Origin: an uncultured Opitutales bacterium
GTDB lineage: Bacteria > Verrucomicrobiota > Verrucomicrobiia > Opitutales > Intestinicryptomonadaceae
Length of the DNA stretch: 32,000 nucleotides
NCBI GenBank assembly: GCA_934660865.1
Contig: CAKUIA010000005.1
Coordinates: forward strand, 1 to 32,000
Reading direction: 5' to 3'
Below, piece by piece: positions 25,483 through 32,000 of the stretch. Within the stretch, counting starts at the first letter, position 1. Each line of letters opens with the position of its first letter. A program made the translations under genes and the position numbers. The notes under the pieces are model-generated. The model made no database searches and was not told where the DNA came from. It saw only the letters and a list, made by a program, of their open reading frames with translations.

Positions 25483-25562
25483 ATTATATATTTTGTTTTA
25501 CCGTTTGCATAATGAGGCCTTTGCGCGTTTAGTCAAGCCGAACCGAAATCAAGCCGATTTGC

Positions 25563-25592
25563 GCAAAAAGCAAAAGCCCCGTTTGGGGGCTT
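25563..25592 (-). terminator. Rho-independent terminator of the glycoside-hydrolase-like gene
   Basis: Stem AAAGCCCC/GGGGCTTT with a 4-nt loop. On the - strand it is followed by TGCTTTTTGCGC. It starts ~25 nt after the stop at 25618. Confidence 0.7.
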
Positions 25593-25617
25593 TGTTTTGC
25601 GGTAATTGCTAAAAAAA

Positions 25618-28600
25618 CTACTTTTCGTATGTTTTCAGCAAAATCTTGCCGACATTGCCGAAAGAAATAAGGCTGTAGTTGTCGGTCCAGTCGGAGGGAG
25701 CCTTGTTTTGCGTTGTCCAGGCCTTTAGCGACTTTTTCCTGTCGCCCATTTGGTGGCTTTGGAATGAATGCGGCCATGCGCCCCTGGGTTCGCCAATTAT
25801 GTTGTGGTGCGGCCCCATAAGGTTGCGCAAAGTCGGATAACATTCTACCGCAACGGTTTCGTTGCCCGTTTTTACGTATTTTGTTATGTCAAGCTCGTAG
25901 GGGGCGTCGTAGATAACGCCCGCAAGAACGTCGTTTACGCGTATGGCAACAACCGCGCAGTCGGTTTTGCCCAAAGCTATGGCAAAGCGTTTGTTTGCCG
26001 CAGGCTTTACATTGCCCAATTTAACCAAATAGGTAAATGCCCCCGTATAGAACGGATAGCCCTTATAGGTTATGTCGCAAACTTCGCTTACGGGTTTTTG
26101 GTCGCAAATATATAGCGAGTCGGCCTTTGCCCTTGTAGCCGCGGGAGCCGGCAAGCCCATTTTTAGCAGTGTTTTGTCGAACGGCGCTTCGCCGGTAGCT
26201 TCGGCATTAACCGCAAAATTGCCTATTATATATACCGACTCTATTTCGGTGCCGTATCTTTTAAACGCGGGTTTTGCCAAGCCCCTTATGCCGCATTCGA
26301 ATTTGTCGAATTCAAGCTCGAGCATATTGTCGCCTTCTACAACCTCTTTTGTGATGTTTACGGGCAGCCACCTAAAGTCGCGCCAAAAGTCGGCGCCTTC
26401 GTACTTAACGGGCGTGCCGTTTATCCTTATTTCGGAGCAGCGCAAGGGGTTTTCTATTACGGCGGCAATGGGCAGACCCTTTTTAAGCCCCTTTACCTTA
26501 AACGGATACCTTATTGTCAACTTTCCGTTGTAGCGTATCTGGTTTAGGTAGTTTTGAATTTCTATTACGGGAACTGCATATTCGCCGCTTTCGCCCGCGT
26601 TGTTTGTTTCGTAAAAGGCGTAGTCTAGCGTAAGGCTGTTCCATTCGTTGGGGCCCGCAGCCAAAACCTTAAGCTCTTTTTGCGAAGCCAAAGTTTCGGG
26701 CTTTTCCTTTTTTGCCTTGGGCGAATCTTTCGAAAGCAATATAAGCTTTGTCTGCACGCTCTGTAAATTAAGCGGCATTGTAAACGACCCTCCCTTTCTT
26801 TCGGCAAAAAATTCGGTTGCTTTGCCCGTTTTTATGTCTAGCTCTTTTATGCTGTTGTATACGCCGCCGAATTTTGCAACGCCATCGAACGCCGAGTTTC
26901 TGTCGAGGTTTGCAATCAGTATAATTCTCGAGCCGTCGGGCAAGTCCCTTGCGTGCGACCACACCAAATCCTTGTTGCCGCTTTTCGTCTCTATTGCAAC
27001 TTCCCTTTCCACTACGGGAATAATGCGCTTTGACAATTCGAAAGCCTCCAATTTTTCGACGTTTTTCATCAACTCCATAATTCTGGGGTTTTCTTCGCCG
27101 TCTATCATAAGGGGACATTCGTTGCCCGCAAACAAAAGCAAGCCGCCCGTTTTTTGGAACTTTTCAAGCATTTTTACCGTAGACATTCTCAGCGTGCAAG
27201 ACGACGGAATTACCACTATCGAGTAGGTGCACTGCCCTACCGATATTGTGCCCTTGCCCGCCGAGCCGTCTTCGGCCATAATCTGTTCGCTTGCGTAGTC
27301 GAAGCCTATGTTGTTTGCCAAAAGGTTGTCGGTTACCTGGCTTAGGCCGTCTTCGTAGGCCTTATACCTTTTGTTTGTGCCCGACCTGTCCCAAATGGGG
27401 GCGTCGTTTTCGTAAGGCTGTATGAATTTTGCCCTAACAGACTCCATTGGGTGTATTACCAAAACCTTTGCGCAATACTTGCCCTGCGCCATTGCGTAGC
27501 AAAGCCTTGCAAGGGGAATATCCAAAGTGCTGTTTAAGCCCCACCACGGTTGCTGATAGTATATGCTTTGCGGATAGTCTCTTTTGCGGCAGCCTGCCAT
27601 AGTGTATAAAGACAAGTGCGGGTTTATTAAGTTTACACCAAGCAATACCTGTTCTACTGCAACCCATTTTCGGTCTTCAAAACTTAAGGCGGCGCCTCCA
27701 ATGCCGTACATTTCCGACAACATTCTCTTTTTGCCGAACTGGTTTACAACGCTTTGGCACTGCTTTGCCGCGGGTCTTTCGCCTATCTGTTTTAAAAGGT
27801 GGTCTATGCCGGGAATTTGGTTGTGCCTGTAATAGGGCATAATGTCGCCCATGGCCAACTGGCTGCCCGAAAGCGGGAACTCCTGCATAAAGTGCCCCGT
27901 AAGCGAAATATTGTGTTCGCCACACCAATCGGCAATCTGTTTGGGATACGCCTCTTCGAACATCTTGTTCAATGTTCTGTAGTACTTTACCCTAAAGCTT
28001 TCCGCGCCTTTTGTGTCGGTAAACAATTTGTAAAAATGCGGAATGGGGTCGAAACCGTACTCGTTTTTAAAAGTTTCTACCAAATTCGAGGAGTAGGCAA
28101 TGCCGCCGCCTATTGTCGCGCTGCGGTCCGACATGCTGGGTTCGTCGGTAAATTCGGCAACAATAACTTTGCCGTAGTATTCGGAGTATCTTTTATAATA
28201 GCTTTCGTAGGCGTCGTTTATGAATTTGCCAACGGCTGCCTTGTTCATTGTGTCGATATATGTCGAGCCGTTGTAGCGGCCGTTGCCCATGGGGGCTATA
28301 TATTTATATACTTGTATGCCGTCTTTCGGTTCGCCAATGGGCTCGCAATGTTTGGGCACCCTTTCGCCGACCTTTCTTGCCACCAAAGATTTTTGGCGGT
28401 AGTCTTCGTTTGCCGCGGGAACCGAGCCGCCGCTGTATCCGCTCGGCCAGCCGTCTTCGTCGTAAAGCCAAACTTTTAGGCCCGTTTCGACACAGGCGTC
28501 TATTGCGGCGCTTACGCCCTTAAACCAGTCGTCGGAAAGATATTCGGTAATAAGGCCTTCGCGGCTGTGCACAAAGGCTCCGCCCCAGCCGCCGCGCTTG

Positions 28601-28806
28601 ATTTCGTTAACCTGCCTTTTAATTTCGTCGGGCTGCATAATTTCGTTCCAGCTCCAGAAGGGAACGGCCTTAAATTCTACGGGAACGTCGGCAAATGCCT
28701 TTTCGTTAAAAGAAGAGGCTTCTTCGGCAGCAAGCTGCTGCGCCGATACAATGGCCCCCACTGCGGCGACAGTAGCCAAAATTTTATTGGTAAATGTGGT
28801 TTTCAT
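25618..28806 (-). CDS. Large secreted glycoside-hydrolase-like protein (family not assignable by eye)
   Basis: The 1062-aa product has a signal peptide (MKTTFTNKILATVAAVGAIVSAQQLAA). Its N-terminal catalytic-looking region contains PFWSWNE, GGWGGAFVHSREGL and WLYDEDGWPSGYSGG. These resemble uncharacterised large GH/jelly-roll hydrolases. Confidence 0.7.
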   Translation of the reverse strand: MKTTFTNKILATVAAVGAIVSAQQLAAEEASSFNEKAFADVPVEFKAVPFWSWNEIMQPDEIKRQVNEIKRGGWGGAFVHSREGLITEYLSDDWFKGVSAAIDACVETGLKVWLYDEDGWPSGYSGGSVPAANEDYRQKSLVARKVGERVPKHCEPIGEPKDGIQVYKYIAPMGNGRYNGSTYIDTMNKAAVGKFINDAYESYYKRYSEYYGKVIVAEFTDEPSMSDRSATIGGGIAYSSNLVETFKNEYGFDPIPHFYKLFTDTKGAESFRVKYYRTLNKMFEEAYPKQIADWCGEHNISLTGHFMQEFPLSGSQLAMGDIMPYYRHNQIPGIDHLLKQIGERPAAKQCQSVVNQFGKKRMLSEMYGIGGAALSFEDRKWVAVEQVLLGVNLINPHLSLYTMAGCRKRDYPQSIYYQQPWWGLNSTLDIPLARLCYAMAQGKYCAKVLVIHPMESVRAKFIQPYENDAPIWDRSGTNKRYKAYEDGLSQVTDNLLANNIGFDYASEQIMAEDGSAGKGTISVGQCTYSIVVIPSSCTLRMSTVKMLEKFQKTGGLLLFAGNECPLMIDGEENPRIMELMKNVEKLEAFELSKRIIPVVEREVAIETKSGNKDLVWSHARDLPDGSRIILIANLDRNSAFDGVAKFGGVYNSIKELDIKTGKATEFFAERKGGSFTMPLNLQSVQTKLILLSKDSPKAKKEKPETLASQKELKVLAAGPNEWNSLTLDYAFYETNNAGESGEYAVPVIEIQNYLNQIRYNGKLTIRYPFKVKGLKKGLPIAAVIENPLRCSEIRINGTPVKYEGADFWRDFRWLPVNITKEVVEGDNMLELEFDKFECGIRGLAKPAFKRYGTEIESVYIIGNFAVNAEATGEAPFDKTLLKMGLPAPAATRAKADSLYICDQKPVSEVCDITYKGYPFYTGAFTYLVKLGNVKPAANKRFAIALGKTDCAVVAIRVNDVLAGVIYDAPYELDITKYVKTGNETVAVECYPTLRNLMGPHHNIIGEPRGAWPHSFQSHQMGDRKKSLKAWTTQNKAPSDWTDNYSLISFGNVGKILLKTYEK

Positions 28807-29019
28807 ATATAAATTGTTTAATATCTTAACAAGAATACAGTTATTTTGCCAAAAGCGTCAAGATATAAAAGCACAAGCGGCTTTGATATTTCGGGCAAAA
28901 CACGCAAAATTGGTATTTTTTGAAAAAACCAACAAATCTGTAGGCTTTTGGATTTATTGAATAAAATTTATTAGTAAACTTGACTTTGGTCAAAATAAGT
29001 TCAGAAATGTAGCCTTAAT

Positions 29020-32000
<2,981 letters not shown>

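Noticed and set aside
25529-25843. 104-aa minus-strand ORF overlapping the 3' end of the glycoside-hydrolase-like gene
   Set aside because: It is off-frame within a well-supported 1062-aa ORF and runs through that gene's terminator hairpin.

Overview
This 32-kb window comes from a bacterial chromosome of roughly mid GC content. From 2037 to 28806 every convincing gene lies on the minus strand. The core (6412..20864) is a fused S10/spc/alpha-type ribosomal protein supercluster: rplC-rplD-rplW-rplB-rpsS-[unknown ORF]-rplV-rpsC-rplP-rpmC-rpsQ-rplN-rplX-rplE-rpsN-rpsH-rplF-rplR-rpsE-rplO-secY-map-rpsM-rpsK-rpsD-rpoA-rplQ. The flanks carry tRNA-Pro(CGG), an SMR-family sugE/gdx exporter, cysK, a large PEP-CTERM beta-helix surface protein, a small TM+zinc-ribbon ORF with guaA, and a PfkB sugar kinase. 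They also carry a pssA plus 634-aa membrane protein pair, a 1062-aa secreted glycoside-hydrolase-like protein, and a 3'-truncated carB on the plus strand that is missing from the supplied ORF track. The PEP-CTERM protein and the operon starting at rplC without rpsJ tentatively suggest a PVC-group organism (Lentisphaerota/Verrucomicrobiota-like); this is inference only. No mobile elements, CRISPR arrays, rRNA or recognisable defence genes were seen. The most unusual observations are three. First, a signal-peptide ORF is wedged between rpsS and rplV. Second, a ~360-bp array of AnTn tracts lies upstream of rplC. Third, SecY, L17 and S11 carry terminal extensions. All functional calls rest on my own recognition of protein motifs and gene order; no database search was run.
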